DNA from: Tubiluchus corallicola | Taxonomy: Eukaryota > Animalia > Priapulida | DNA: 64,000 nucleotides | Reading direction: 5' to 3' | NCBI GenBank assembly: GCA_030141605.1 | Contig: JAQGDQ010000052.1 | Coordinates: 1-64,000 of the forward strand | Part shown: positions 41,501-56,500 of the stretch, in pieces | Numbering within the stretch: the first letter of the stretch is position 1 | How the letters are laid out: every line of letters starts with the position of its first letter | The notes under the pieces: generated by a model | What the model was told of the DNA's origin: nothing | What the model saw: the letters and a program-made list of their open reading frames with translations, nothing else | Databases searched by the model: none | Position numbers and translations under genes: made by a program

Positions 41501-44500
41501 TGTTTATTTAGTGATATATCTTAATTTTATTGGTTTGTTGATATCTTGTTATTCACAAACTTTGAAATCGTCACATTCACTGTGAATTAAAAGAATTAGC
41601 AAAAGCAGTTGAATGACAAGTGTAATTAGATAAATTTTCATTATTACGGACAGTGTTCCCTCACTGTACACAATATACAGTGTTCCCTCACTTATCGCGG
41701 GTGTTCCGTTCTAGGCCCACCAGTGATAAGTGAATTTCCGTGAAGTAGGGACGCTATACTTATTTTAGTAGTTGTACATTATTTAGTCTTTATAAACCCT
41801 CGCCACACTCTTATACATAACCCTTTCCCATTCCTTTAATAACTTTTCCCAAACTGTACACGTACCTTTTAAAAAACTTTACTTAAATGTTCATAAAAAT
41901 CTTTTCAACTCCTAAACCTAGATACGTAATTTTAAAAATTTGACGTGTATTGTGTCGAATAAATACACTATTTACTATAAATGGTAATTTTTTACGATTT
42001 ATAATATTCTTTTAATGTTAGAATTAATATTTTTAATATATTTTTATACATTTTGTGATTTTTCATGCAAAATTCATCAAATCTATACATTACTGCACAA
42101 TACATACTACGTATGTGCAAAAATACTTAGACGGAGTACCGCAAAAACCCGCGAAACAACGAAAATACCGCGATAAATATTTTATATTTTTGAAAACCCA
42201 TGAAAGAGTGCGTCCGCGATAAACAAACCGAGACGTAGCGAGGTAACACTGTAATATCTTGTACACGAAGAGGCAGAATGTTAAACAGATACTGGGGAGC
42301 TAAGTGATTGATAGTTTTGTCAAAGAACATAAATGGACGCACTTAGAAAAACGGTTCAATCATGCTTCCAACAAAAAGTTTAAATGATTAGAATCTGATA
42401 CAGCACTGGTACATATGTGCGTAGCACTCAAATGCAGATTGTCAGGCAAAGTTTCAACATACCGATCGCAACCTGATGTTATTTTTTGCGTGCATTTTAT
42501 AAATTTCTAACATCATAATTGTTCATTCTCATTGTCACCACCTATCATTGTCGCAGTGAATCAGCTTTTCGATGTATAAAGCCATTTCTACACAGTTTTA
42601 TTCATATTTCATAACAGTTTATTTTATTGACCACTCACCTTATAATCAGACTTTCAAACACTTCAAAACCAGGAAATGCGATAAAATTGAAATGCAGCCT
42701 GGATTTGAACAAAGGACCTTCTACTTATAAGGCAGATCTATAGCTGCTAAACAACTGCATTCTCCAGCGATCATGACAGTCCAACAGGTGCGTATTCTCT
42801 ACTGTGAATTTATGGTTACTTATGTAAAGAGCAGGTAAATAATTACTTGTGGTGTATTAGAAACAGTATTAGCCTAGTTTCTAAATGATCATTATTGATA
42901 ACATATATTTGTACAGCGCTTATGTTCAAGCAGGCTACGCAACTGCTTGTTGTGTAATACCTTGCACTTGTTCGTTATGTGGCACTTATACAAAAGCTTG
43001 GCTCAGTAACTGCCTGTGGCATGTTATAAAATGTGCCCTTTACATGCATATGAAAATATTCACATTTTCCTATTCACGTATAGCCTAGTTAACCTTTTGG
43101 TTAATATGTCCCTGCAGTCCAAAGTTCATTCTTTATGACTGGACAACCACTCTCAGCATTTCTAGATCAAGATCCACAAATTAATAAAATACAAAAAGCT
43201 GGCATTTACTAAAATTAGGGTGGTATGTCAGCGACTGTTTATGCATATTGCTAGGTTGCTATGCAAAGTGGGCAACTAAAGCCTGTAGTGAAGTGATGAA
43301 GCAGTCGGTTAAACTTAAGATTAAAATCTATTATTTGAACAAAGATGATATGGTTTAATGTTTGTTGTACAGAAACATGAAAAAATGCTTCAACTTGTAT
43401 GCACAGATACCGCACCTCAAAATGCCTCTTACCTCTTAACATGTAACATTGGAAAGAAACTCAATTCTAGAAACTGGATCACACAGATGGCACAGTGAAA
43501 TGTTAAAATGCCATAAGGATGACAGTAAAAATGCTTCTACTCCCATCTAATTGCCCGGGTAATATTTTTTTGTTGAATACCCAGCCGGGAATTTTTTGAC
43601 GTTCATATATTTACCTGAGGCAGTCATATAAAAGCTTATTTTTTATTTAGAAGGCAAAACACAATAATTATTATAACATTATTTCAGCAAGGATGCAGCC
43701 ATGTTTTTCTATGGCTAAGAACTTGGCCAAGATTGCTGTTTTGTATGATTCTAATTATTGTATTGAACGTTAAAAAGTATCGTATTTTACAAATCAGCAT
43801 ATTAGGGGCTGCTCATACCATAATCATTAGAACACATGTTCACACCGTACAAAAAAGAGACTATACAAAAACTGATAATTATACGCTAATTTTGTAATGT
43901 GAAACAGAAAAACTAAAAAGCAAAGCATGAAAAAATGTGCATTGAAAAAATTTAAGGTGTTACTGCTAACCAGTGAGAAACTTTGATTTCAACTGACTTT
44001 AAATATTCCATGATTGAGCTTTAAACATTCATGAAGCTTTTTAACGAAAAATTGCAGCCAGCTTGATCATCATCAAACAGTTGTTGTCAAGAATCAACAG
44101 CTAGCCTGTAGCATTTCGAGCTCACCTGTAATATTCTGGACATTCACTGGATTATCACACAGAAGACGACCAAACAGGTCCGAAATGTTGATGTCGCTCA
44201 CTAAACCAGAAGTGATAACCAGAGAGTCTACATGAACCTCACCGTTATTATCATTAAACCACATATGACCTATATGTACAAAAAATAAAGCAGCAATGAG
44301 AATTTTTACCAAATTAGTCTTAAAAGTATCTGCAAAGAAAATTCAACAGTGTTGTTGTACTTGAGTCTTAGACGTGGATTCGAAATGAAATTTGCTTTAG
44401 ACTAAGACTTGACTTGAACTCTTGGACTGTCAGAGAATCCAGATGGGTTTTAGTTGAATGTAGCCATGTTTGCATATTATGCCTAAAACGGAGTTCTCAA

Positions 44501-47500
44501 AGTCTCTAAGTTCATCAGCTGTATTTCCATCTAGCCTCAGTTAAAAACTTTTCTGTGCTATTATGACATTAACTGTTCACTCGACAATATATCAGAAAAA
44601 TTCAAAATATATCATACACTGTTTTTTAATAGCAGGCTTTTAGACTGGCAAATCAAGTAGTTAGTTGCTCAGCTACTGTTTATTTCCTATTAAACGAGCG
44701 GGTCTTCAAAAGTGGTTTGTTAGTAAGACCACACACAGAAGTCATTTGTCAGATAAGAACCTATCCAACATAGTACTTCTGGTGTAAGTTACAGTAATAA
44801 GTAACTTGAATAAACGTATTATAGCTTGCCATTAGTGCTATTGATTGAATGCCACTTTATGTTGTAAATACTCACAACAGCACCAAATTGCTACTAAAAT
44901 ATATAACCATTTGCAAAGTCACTTGTCTTACATGACGGATATTCTGATGTGCAACAAAATTTGAAATTCTAATATAACTCAACAAGTTTAGTACTGTAAT
45001 AAACAAAAAACACTGAAATTAACAAAAACGGCTTATTAGTATTAAATAGCAATTTGAGGAGTAATTAAAACGTGGATTATTTTAACTTAAAACTGATTCT
45101 GAAGTTGAAAATAGCCACATTAAGATGACTTTCGACTCAATCTTAGACGTAATGACTTGAGATTCAATGCGGAATTAAACATAAAAACTCGATGTTCGAC
45201 TTGCACTTGGCCACAGTAACTTGTGACTTGACTCGGACTTGAGCTGAAAGACTTGACTACAACACCGTCCAGTAACAGCAACAGTTTCAGGTGAGAGCAT
45301 TTAAATAAATGAAAGATGTCTTAATAAGGAAACAACTTATCAAGTAGCACACAATTTCAAAAAAGCAAGCAAGATAAAATCATCTTGCATCCCATCTAAT
45401 AACTAGCACACTGAGAATGCCTCTATTATTATAGACCTAATTAATAAGCTAAATTAATTAGATTAAATAACAAAACTGTACCAGTAAAATTAACAGGTTT
45501 ATTCTCAACATCTTCTACTGCATCTTCATTCAGATAAGTAATATTGAAATCGTTTAGGGACCCATACACTTCAAGCTTATTTATAGTTATATCATCAGCA
45601 AAAAATACGACAGCACCTAGACAGCAAAAAAATAATTGCATAAATACTAGATATTACACAATCGAGAATATAAAATTTTTAGTATTATATAATAACAAAT
45701 GCAAAGTCACTTAAAAATACATGTTACAGATTGAATAACTCTTAAATGTTTTTGAAATGTGAGGATTTTTTTAAACACCTTGACTGTAACAGAAACTGGT
45801 TGGCTATGAAGAGGGGCAAACAGGACAATGAAAATATAAATGGCCACTGTAACATAGTCATCAGAATACTGTGACAACAACTTATTCTCATTAATTATGC
45901 GGACTCTTGCTCGTTACAGTTTAAAATCCCAAATTTGTTCAAATATTAACATACAATATTGGAATCTAACCATTATTTGCAAGTTTGAAGATATTAGACA
46001 TGAGACTTTTCACTTTCAAAATTCCATTCGAGATAAATTTTTATGATATTCAGCTTGATTGCATTATATTGTGCTTGTACAGTTTCCCCAAAAAAATCTT
46101 ATAAAACTTTGTAGTGAGTTTATAGCTTACACACCAGCTGAGTATTGATTTATTGACAGTGGTTGCAGAACATTTATTAGCAAAGCAAGAAAATGCCTTT
46201 ACATTTACATAGTTTAACATTTTATCACTATCACGAGGCATTCATATAAAGCTGCGTTCACTGGCAATAATAACTGTTTATTGCAACATGGATTTTCCAT
46301 TTTCTAACATCCAATATGAAAATTTTCAAGACCCAAACCTCAAAACATCTTAGAGCTTTAAGGATATTGTTTTCCAAACCTTATTAAGGCAGCTGAGAAT
46401 TACTGGAAATTCCATTAGGATTATTTAAATTTTACCAAGAATTGTTTGATCTCCAAAGGTTAGAAAAGCTTCATTTACTTGTGTGTCATTACTAATGAGT
46501 ATACCATCAACTTTGTTCACAGTCAGCGATTCTGAAAACAAATTGTAGGATGATGAATAGGTATAAGTTACAGGCCAATAAAATTTAGCTGCTTTGCAGT
46601 TTACACTATATAGATGCTGGTAGCTACAATAAAGATATCTATTACGAAATGTAGCAAAATGTTAGTGCAGCTTAAATTCAAAATATCTGCATTAGTAAAT
46701 TTTCAATGACAGAAAAACAAATAAGTACTGCGGGAAGCATATTGTCTCTAGGTAGTAAGTAGCAAGATTCAAATTCATGCAGTCCGTGTTAAGAAAATCT
46801 GGACCTGCAAGGTCGAGATTACTAAAATCGTAATTAGGAAATCAGGAATAGCAACTGGTAAGCATTAGAAATACTCCAAATTACAACATGAGTTGGGCTG
46901 TGATTTCCCTGACAAACTTTTATTCATGTAAAAAACTGATCACCTTGAAATATGACATTGTTGCTGAAATTTTTCAAACCAGTAATGTTCGTATCTTGAT
47001 CAAGGTATACAATATCATCTTGTTGTAGTCCATCCAACATTCCTGTCACTGTTACATTTCCAGCCCAATGTGTGAACCCGTCAAATATAATTGGTTCAGC
47101 TGTTGAAAATTCTTGCAAGTTTATTTCATTAATTCCATCCTGAAAAGAAGAATTTGAATACAGTAGGCACCGCTTAGCAGACTCACTTTGGGACTTAAGT
47201 GTGACCCAATTAATCGACTGAACCTGTTAACCTATGGGTGTAGTATTACAGGTATAGAATTAAGAGTCATCAGCTTAGTATGCACTGTAAAGGTTTTTAA
47301 TGAAATTTAGAAATGAAGTAATGCCTAAATTCTTTTGTGCATTTAAAAAAATATTTTAAAATATTAATTTATATAAGTGAATTAGCAATAAATTAAAAAG
47401 TATACTTTTCTAAATCAAGCAAGTCTGTTTATTTGCAAAAAATACAAAAATTCCTTCAAAGTCAGCAGCTTCATTTTATCGCAAAGAAGTTGGCTCACAA

Positions 47501-50500
47501 AGTTCTCATAATAATAAAAACATTGACCATCTGTTGCTGTGTGATGCACATATTCTCGTAAAACATTTAGCGCTTGGCGTGCTTGAGCTGCAGTTTTTCA
47601 AACTTCTTAACTCTATGCTCTTATTTGCTGTATCATGTTTACTCTTATAAATCACGAGGAATACTGGCTGATTAATGTACCTGCATCTCTGATTGCTAAC
47701 TGATTAAGCGTGAAAGCGTGATTTGCAACGATAGCTTCAAAAGTAACCCGCTAGACAAGTGATTAAATGTTTAGCTTCCAGAAATTCTTGAGTCACGAGG
47801 TTAATTGCAGTGGACGAGCGGGTAACAGATTCAAAGCAAAACCGCTATGCTAGCATATTAGCACATGGCAAATGTAGCTGCTTGCAAACAAAACCGGTAC
47901 TTACTTAACATGATTGTTTCTACATATATTATAATATATGTAGTGCACAAAGTGTGATTATATTATAATATATTATAGTGCACAAAAGCAAAGCAAAAAT
48001 GTCATAAAAGTTGGAAAGGCTTTTTGGTCACATACAAATGTCTTATTTTGTATGCGAAGGAAAAATATTGAGTCAGTTGTGAGGAGTTATTTGATTGTAT
48101 TGCTGATACATTTTATGTACATTTGAATAGAAGTGGCCCGTACCAAGTGTTTTTGAGTCAATTAAGCGATTGAGTCTATTAAGTGTGAGTCTATAAAGCG
48201 GCACTTACTGTACTACCAAAAATCTTCAAGTACACATAATAGAATCAGTCACATTTGCAGGAAAAACATTTAAACAAAATGAAGTTGCTTTACTCATCAG
48301 TTTTCTAATGTGTAAATCATACAGTATACTAATTAAGTAGCTTTGCTTAGGCTGATTGAGAACTCCTCAAGACTGATGAAAAATACATACTTTAAAAAGC
48401 TTGAGGAAGTCTTCCAAAAATAAATGTATGAAGCAGTATAAATCATTTACTACTTCTAAGCAGTAAAAAGTTTATAATACTCATGCTGTTCAAGTCTGGC
48501 AAAGAAGACTAACATACAGATACTGCATAAAGGAACCTAGATTTTGCTAGTTGGGAGAAAAAGCACACTCAGAACTGACTAAGGCAGCAATTAATAATGT
48601 TTGCTTATAGTACTGATATGCATTGTTCAAGGTTCTGAAAAATTGGCTTGAGCAACGTTAAAACGCCTTTTTTCAGCTGTACCAAAACTTACAGGAGAAG
48701 CTTTGTAAATGGCGTGTTCGGCTAAATCTTCTATATTCAGTTCGTCATTTATGATGCCGCTTTCAACAATGATGTTTGGTTCATTATTGCCCTCAATGTC
48801 AACTCCCGATGCCATAAGAATATTGCCAAAAAAGTTAATCCTACCTAAAAACAAAGATTTTAGAGCCAAATAATTACTATTCAAAGTTCAAGTAAGACTT
48901 ATGTCATCAGACTCAACTTTCAAGACTTCCAAGTTGCAAACCTCAAGTTGAGTCCAATTCCATACAAACTAGATATACTGTATATCTATATACCTATATA
49001 TCTATCTATCTATCTAGTCCAAAAATGAAAACTGCTGCACTCCTATCTGTGTGACAGTGCACAGAAAAGCAGCATAACAATTAGAATTTGACTTTAACGG
49101 TTCCTAAATTAAAATAAAAATTTCAAGATTAAAATTAAAACAGAAGGTAAAACTCACGAACCTCAAAGCTTAGCAATCAATTCTCACATCCTACAGTCAT
49201 GTTGATTTTGAGCCCACATTATACTTAGAATTCACAGATTACTGTTTGTAAGTAATAAATTGCTAGTAATAAAAACAAGGATATATTTGATGTGCAACAC
49301 CATAAATGGCTGCCTATAATCTAGCAGCAGCTGCATCTGTTAAGCTGGCTTTGCAAAAATTATTAATAGATTAAGCCTCACAAACATTACCATAAATTTC
49401 TTGATTGTCTCCAGTCAGCTTTACGCTTTGATTTACGATCTCATTCAACTCCCTTATCTTCTCGTTCCCTTTAGTAATAACAGGTTCAAATGCTCGGAGA
49501 GCTTCCAGTTCATCTGGTACTATAGACAAGCTGTCAGATTCAATATGCGGAGCGATTAAGGTGTGATTAATATCTAGCCTTCCTGTAAAAATAATTCAGC
49601 TCAAAATTACATAGTGAAAAGGTATAGAAAGTTAAGGAAACCTGCAGGGATAGCACCAACAGCTTTAAGATACCCAATAAAAATAGCTGATAACAATTAG
49701 TGAAACTAGTATTGTCTTTGTGATCACTGTTTGAAACATTGTTAATGATTTAGTGCTGATAGCTTCTCTCTCTGGGTTCCATAACATACCAGCCCACTGA
49801 AAACTGGTTCAGTTTTGTGTCAGTAACTCACACATTCTTTGTTGCATTTTACTCAATTTATATTATAACTGAGAAGCTTAGTCTATAAAAATAATTAAAA
49901 ACAATAAACATCTATAATTTGGAGAGTTTTGCACCTTTGAGTCACAGTATATGGCTGTTCAAGTTTTATATTACGCTTTTACGTTGACACAAATAAAATA
50001 AATAACTACAGAAGTATTTTAAAAAGTGTTAAAAATTCAATCATATCATTTTATCTCTCTCTGTGGGAGTCATTATCAGATGTGATGGAAAGAAATTTAA
50101 AAAAATATGTAATAGATTATTTGGAATATAAAAATTGATTATAACATGTGACAGTACAGAATAAAAAGAAGCAATTATAAAAGAAACAGTTCCTTTTACT
50201 ACACGCGATGATGATTCCCGTAAGAAGAATTGAACTTTTTTGTTCCTTTTTTTACGTATAACTTTAAACTATAAATCGGCTTCAAAAACGTTGCATCCCT
50301 TCTTCAAATGTCATGAAGAAATGCATGCTTTCAAAGCAAGTTTTCATATAAATTTGTACAAGTAATTTGTGTAAAAAATATTTGCAACACAGCTTTAGTG
50401 GAAAGCAAAATACCTCTAATAGAACAGTTCATCAAACATAATAGTCTAGTCCCTGGATAAACATCTGCAGAAATTTTCGAATCCAACAGGAGTCATTAAT

Positions 50501-53500
50501 GGCATTCCTGCACACCATCAATATCTTGGGTAGACATCCCAGAATGGTGGCCACTCAATTTTAAAACCGTTTATTAAAAATGGCAAAAAATTGCCATCTT
50601 GGAAAAAAATTGGTTTTTTACTTGTTCCAAATTCTATTAATTACCAAGCCAATTTTAACATTTTTTGTTTTTCTATTTTTTTGAGTATTGAAAATTGTGC
50701 AATATGGCCACCATTTTCAAGAAGGCAGACAAGATGGCTGCTGCAAGCTATCAATGCAGATAGCAAAAGATTTTGGTGAAAAATCAGTTTTCAAGTTGTA
50801 GGAATCCATATCCGATACTTAAAAATTCCTATATCACCCAACTTGTAGTTTCAAGATGGTGACTGTTAAGATGGCTGCAAAATCGGTCTTGTAATATATT
50901 AGCCTTATCGCATTTTTGCTTCAGAAAGGACAATGATTTTAATGTCCAGATGTAGATTTAGTGGTCAAAGAATTCATTCTTACCAGGTACAACTTCTCGT
51001 TGACATTATTTCACTAAGAAATCTGATATGAGTGTCTAGTGCAAATAAAACTATAATTTGTTGTCCAGTGATATGTTTTACACATGAAAATAATAATTTC
51101 TGGTGTGTACAGGCAAGTCTTGCTTGACGCATATCTGCCACAGTATCGTTTGCCTGATTTAAATAATTTGTTGACATGCTCTTAATGCTTCAGGCTATAA
51201 TGTCTATAATGTATAGTGTCTACTGTGGTTAGTATGTCCATTCGGTTGACTTTTTCCATCTTCAGTCAAATTGTGATGGTATTCTGTTGGACATACCACT
51301 TCTATGGTGCACTTCAACAGTACTGCACATACCGGAGAAGATGCCTCCATTGACCTTCCTTTCCTTGTGACGTCTTCAGGTGCTTTACAAACCTTGTGTA
51401 AATGAACACTGGCTTTGTCACGCCAAACTACAACAAGACATTCAAGTATAGAAAGGCTGTCATTCAACTGCTAAGGGATACAAGTTGCCTTTGTTACCTC
51501 AAACACAAACACTTGCCAGGAGATATGGACCAATTTCTTGCAAATGCTAAAATAGGGTCGCAAGCAGTAAAAGTATAGATTTATGACAAAGCCGATAGCC
51601 TTTCCAGGTCAATGGCATTTGGAATTTCATGAAAAGCAATATACCTAGGGTATATGTTTGTTACAAGTTCTATGACTTTTGTTCACTTTTTTGAACTTAG
51701 CTGTATTTAGTTACTGTTATAAAGTAACAACAATATGCACCATCTTGACCACGATGTGTTTATAGCCTTGGATGCCACATGCAGCAGTATGGAAAAGGAG
51801 ACACGTATTTACCACTTCACGACCACATGGGGAAAAAGTAGATGGCCTGGTCTTCAGGCTGTGTTGCACAGTATCTGTTTACCATGGGTGGATTCTACCC
51901 TTAAATTCTGCTGAAGCAGTTATATTTGCTAGGAAAATAAAACCACTACGTCATATATTCATCAACTTAAAGAAAGAAATCCAACTTTCCTAAAACATGG
52001 CCGATACTACGGATACGTCTTCTGACGCAATTCATTTAGTGCAGGCAAGGATGTAAATACTATTTATACCAAATAATGTCTAATATTTCTAAATGCTCAG
52101 CTTGTGATCTTATGCATTTAAGGAACACACTTCCTAAATAAATAGTGAAATTTTTTGGAGACGCTTGGCCACAAAAATTCACAAAAACCCCGTAAAATAG
52201 TTTAGCATCAACATCTTTAATCTGCATATAACTTGTTACATATAGCTGCACCATTTATGATACAAGATCAGACTTAGTAGCACGTCTACGTTTGCTATTT
52301 TGAGACAGAGAAGGGGTAAATGATTAATTCTTATGATTTTCGTTATTGTTCAAGCACATTTTCCACCACTTGCCTAACTGCAATATCCTTGGTGTCAAGT
52401 CCAAGGTGAGTAACTGCTTTATTCTAAGAATGGATTTCCCATTTTGTCCAAAACTTCAGCTAATGCTTTTACTGTTTTTGTAAATTAAGAATGCATGTTG
52501 TTATTTTGCTCATGATGACACTGGTTAAAGCCTTTGCATTAGCTTTTTTAAAATTCTTCTCAAGTTGTTTTACACTCGCTAATTGTTCGTGCAACCTCAG
52601 GTCCAGAGATCATCACCTATGCAGTGCAATGATTTCTCAGTAGCACCAGCTGCACCCAATCATATTTCTCACACTTGTTGAATTTTCTTATATTGTAGAC
52701 ACCAGAAGTAAATGTTTCATGTTAAAAAACTATAACAGGACAAAAAATTACAATTTAATTTGCACTAGAGTGTATTTTATTTTAATTTTTATAGGTATGT
52801 CCATTTGTGGCCATCTTGGCAGTCACCTTAGATTTCTCAATATGTCTTGTGAAACTGATGTGTTTGGAAACTTTATTTAGTGGGAATTGATATCTTGACT
52901 ATTAAAACTCTGTGCGTGGACACTAAAGCAGGTATATTTCCAGCCATCTTAGCAGTCATCTTGAATCCTAAATAGTATGATATTATGTGAGCTTTTAAGA
53001 ATCAGATATAGATTCCTTGCCCTTGAAAACCTATATTTAGACATCATCATCTTACCTGCAATCCTGCAACCCTACCTGCTCTAATCTCACTATTATGCTG
53101 AATTATCATTTTGTTTCATTTTTAAAACTCCTGCCAGAGTGTGCAGCCACACATTGCCCATTTTTTTACCTAAAGTGACTATACTAAAGAGTTCAAGTGC
53201 TTTGGTCCACCAATTCCTATTGGATTTTATCTAGAGACCAGATTATAAAAGAATAAAATAAGAATTGAGTGGTCATCTAACAAGTCAATTATCAGACAAG
53301 TAGCACAATTTCAATGCATTTCATGTAAAACAATGACTAATGACATTCACATTCTGAAAAAAAACTTTATATTTGTAATTATTAAGAGAATTTATTAAAT
53401 TACCTTTCATGTGAACTGGTACTGTAATGACTATAGCATCAGTAGAATTGTCGCTTTTCATAATCAAATTTGCAGCTTCCACATCATTTATCAATGTTTG

Positions 53501-56500
53501 TAAATTTACATACGAGCTGGCCAAGTCTTCTTGCAATTTTTGACACCTTAAGACAAAAAGATTATTATAAGTCTGATATTCTTAAGAACAATACATTTAA
53601 ACATTGGAACACACAGCGGAAAATGCACAAACGCAGAATTTGAAGAAATGAATTACTTACAGAGCTTTAATGATAGCTTGCGGAGTACAGCACGTGATAC
53701 TTAAAGAAGCCGATAGCGTAGATGCTGTTTTACAACAAGTGTCACAGTGCTGTGATTAAGATATGAATGGATGTTAGTGGACACCTGCAAGTCTTATAAC
53801 ATGTACAGAAGCGAAAAACTTACATAAAAAAGAATGGCCACTAAACCAATGTGTTCATAACTACTAGGCCAATGTGTTTCCGGTGATTACGGCACAAAAA
53901 TTTCAAAGCTCCATCACAAAATCAATCAAAACAAACACCATCTAATTAGTTAGAATCACTATGGTGTGGATAATCTAACATTTAAAATGCTAAAATGGTT
54001 AACCAGCTATAAGGGATGAACTTCAGATTACCATAATCACCAGAAATCACTGTAGCCTAATAGTTATGATGTTGGCTTTATAAGCCTAAGGTCCTTGCTT
54101 CAAATCTAGCCTGTGTTCCAACTTTTTACACTTCTTATCTTTCTAGACAAAATTGAAATTTAATTAATGATAATCTTAATATTAAGAATATAATAACTGA
54201 GTAATTTCGAATGGGCACTTGTGATTTTATGCTGAAATTCAGTACTATTCTGTTTTCAATAAATAAAACACCTTTACTATCAGACAACTTAATTAGGGTA
54301 CAGGGTATTATACACAAAAACAACTTACTCTGTTTCGTACTGTGTATAAACATTAGATAATGGAGACTCGAATGTTAGGGTTAACTGATACAGCATGATC
54401 TTATCTTCAGTGAAATCCTTGTTGGTATAAATCAAAGCAACGCTGTAACGATTTTCGCCATCATTACCCAACAATGCAGCATTTTTCAATATAAAATCTG
54501 CAATTGCAAATTATGTTAAACACCAGATTCTCCAGAATATAAATATAATTTAGAGACAGTGCTAGTGTTCTTCACTAATCTATGTCACCTTACTAGGAAT
54601 GTAATTAGAACAGAGTTTAGGTTAATCAAGATTTATGGTAATACAGAAAACTTTGTCATATTCACCAAATTCATATAATTTAAACAAATAGTAACAACAA
54701 GTCATCAGCAGCTGTTTCAAAACATGTGTCTAAAAACAACACCAGCATGCCTTCTGAAGTTTCTTTGTATTAAGGCTGCAATACAAACCTTGTCCGAACC
54801 CCATAGGATCTAGCTGCTTATCCGTAAGTGTAAACCGCCAGCCTCCATACTCATAAAGATCAGCGCGATTGCCGTACTTGTTAGCAAACAATACCAAAAT
54901 GGTATTGTGGGTAGGTATTGCCAGCACTTTGACAGCACCCTTCGTAGGAATGGCTTGAAATGGAACAAATTTGTGATCGACCCACTTATAAATAGTAGAC
55001 TTGATATAATAATTGTTGTTCCCTGGACCTGAAATAAAGGGTAAAATATTCATGTGTAAGCTTCTTTGAAAAGATTTGGAAACCGATTTTAAATGTTATA
55101 TACATAAAACACAAGTACCTGCAATGCACTATCTAGAATAGCCCAGATAAGATGATGATGACGAACATAGTGTCGACAAATGTGCTTCTGTCGATAATAA
55201 AGAGTTATACTGATGGACAATGACAATGATAATGTTCAAGGATGTTTTTTCTTTGTGATATCCATAAATATGAGGCAATAGTAATAACAGTGATTTAAAA
55301 TATAAAAATCTTGTACTTTTGGTTACACAAAATATGACAAAACGTTTAATGGAACTATCTCTGGGAAGCAGGCAAAGTAAGTTACATTACCTCAAACCAG
55401 GAGTTTTCTAAAAATAAAAAATACCAAGAATTCCATAATAATAAGCAAATACTGAAACTAGTGTAGGTCTCAACTCATAAGACACTAACTGAAGACATTG
55501 GCTTTACCCAGTCAATTTGTTTAAAAGTTAATCTGCATTAGAGGGGTAACTTTCCAACTCAAAAAATCAGGAATGATTTCTTTTTGGTAATCATCTACTC
55601 AAATAATTAAGCAATTGAAATTGCAATTGAAACAGCAAATCAAACTATAAAAATGAGCATGTACTTTACCCTCAGTTTCCTTATGGTTAGCTACCGCCAG
55701 AAAAAATTCTTGCAAGTATCCGTTGCCATATGTAAAAAACTCCCAGCTTTGTGCATTGCGAGTTGGCAACAGCTGGTAACTGACAAACTGATTAATATGA
55801 ATGTCGAACAGAAACAGCTCAGAATTAATGGCTGTATTTCCATCATTGTCAATGGAGTTTGCAACAATGAGAAAGTGTTTGTTGTGCATTTCAAACATTT
55901 CAATATCGGTAGCTCCCTTTGTTGGAATAGACAGAAAAGTATTAAAATATCCAATATCTTCACCTGCAAAGCAAGATCTAAAATGTTAATTATAAATTGA
56001 AAAATCGACCTTCAAAGTAGTCTTCAAATAAACCAACAATTCATGTATTTCCCTTGAACTTGATATTAACAAGAGAACACTCCTAAAGAAATAAGTAAAC
56101 TAAGTAAAACAGCTGGACACCAAAAAAGTTTAAGCTGGTTTGGTGTAACATAGAAAATAAAGAAATTTCATGAAGAACCTGTAGTATCACTGTCCTATCG
56201 CATCCATACAAACATTGCAACAATTTACAGTTTGCACCAACGCTATGTTGTTAACCATCAAATTAATCACTATAGTCTGAAATTATTTAAACTGTTTGCA
56301 AAATATATTCTTGCAATAAAAACAACAGCAGCACCATTAAACCTCTCCTCTAAACAACACTTAAAAAAACTTTTAGCTTCAATTATTTTTAATAGCCGTT
56401 CCATAGTTAATGACTCAATATCCAGTTAAAAGCTAGGGTACAACATTATTCACTCCTTCTATAACGTTTAATTATAGCAACATCACAAGATTCTTAACCT

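Noticed and set aside
42690-54115. Functional tRNA genes at 42690-42762 and 54050-54115
   Set aside because: The acceptor and anticodon stems do not pair convincingly, so they were treated as SINE-like relics.
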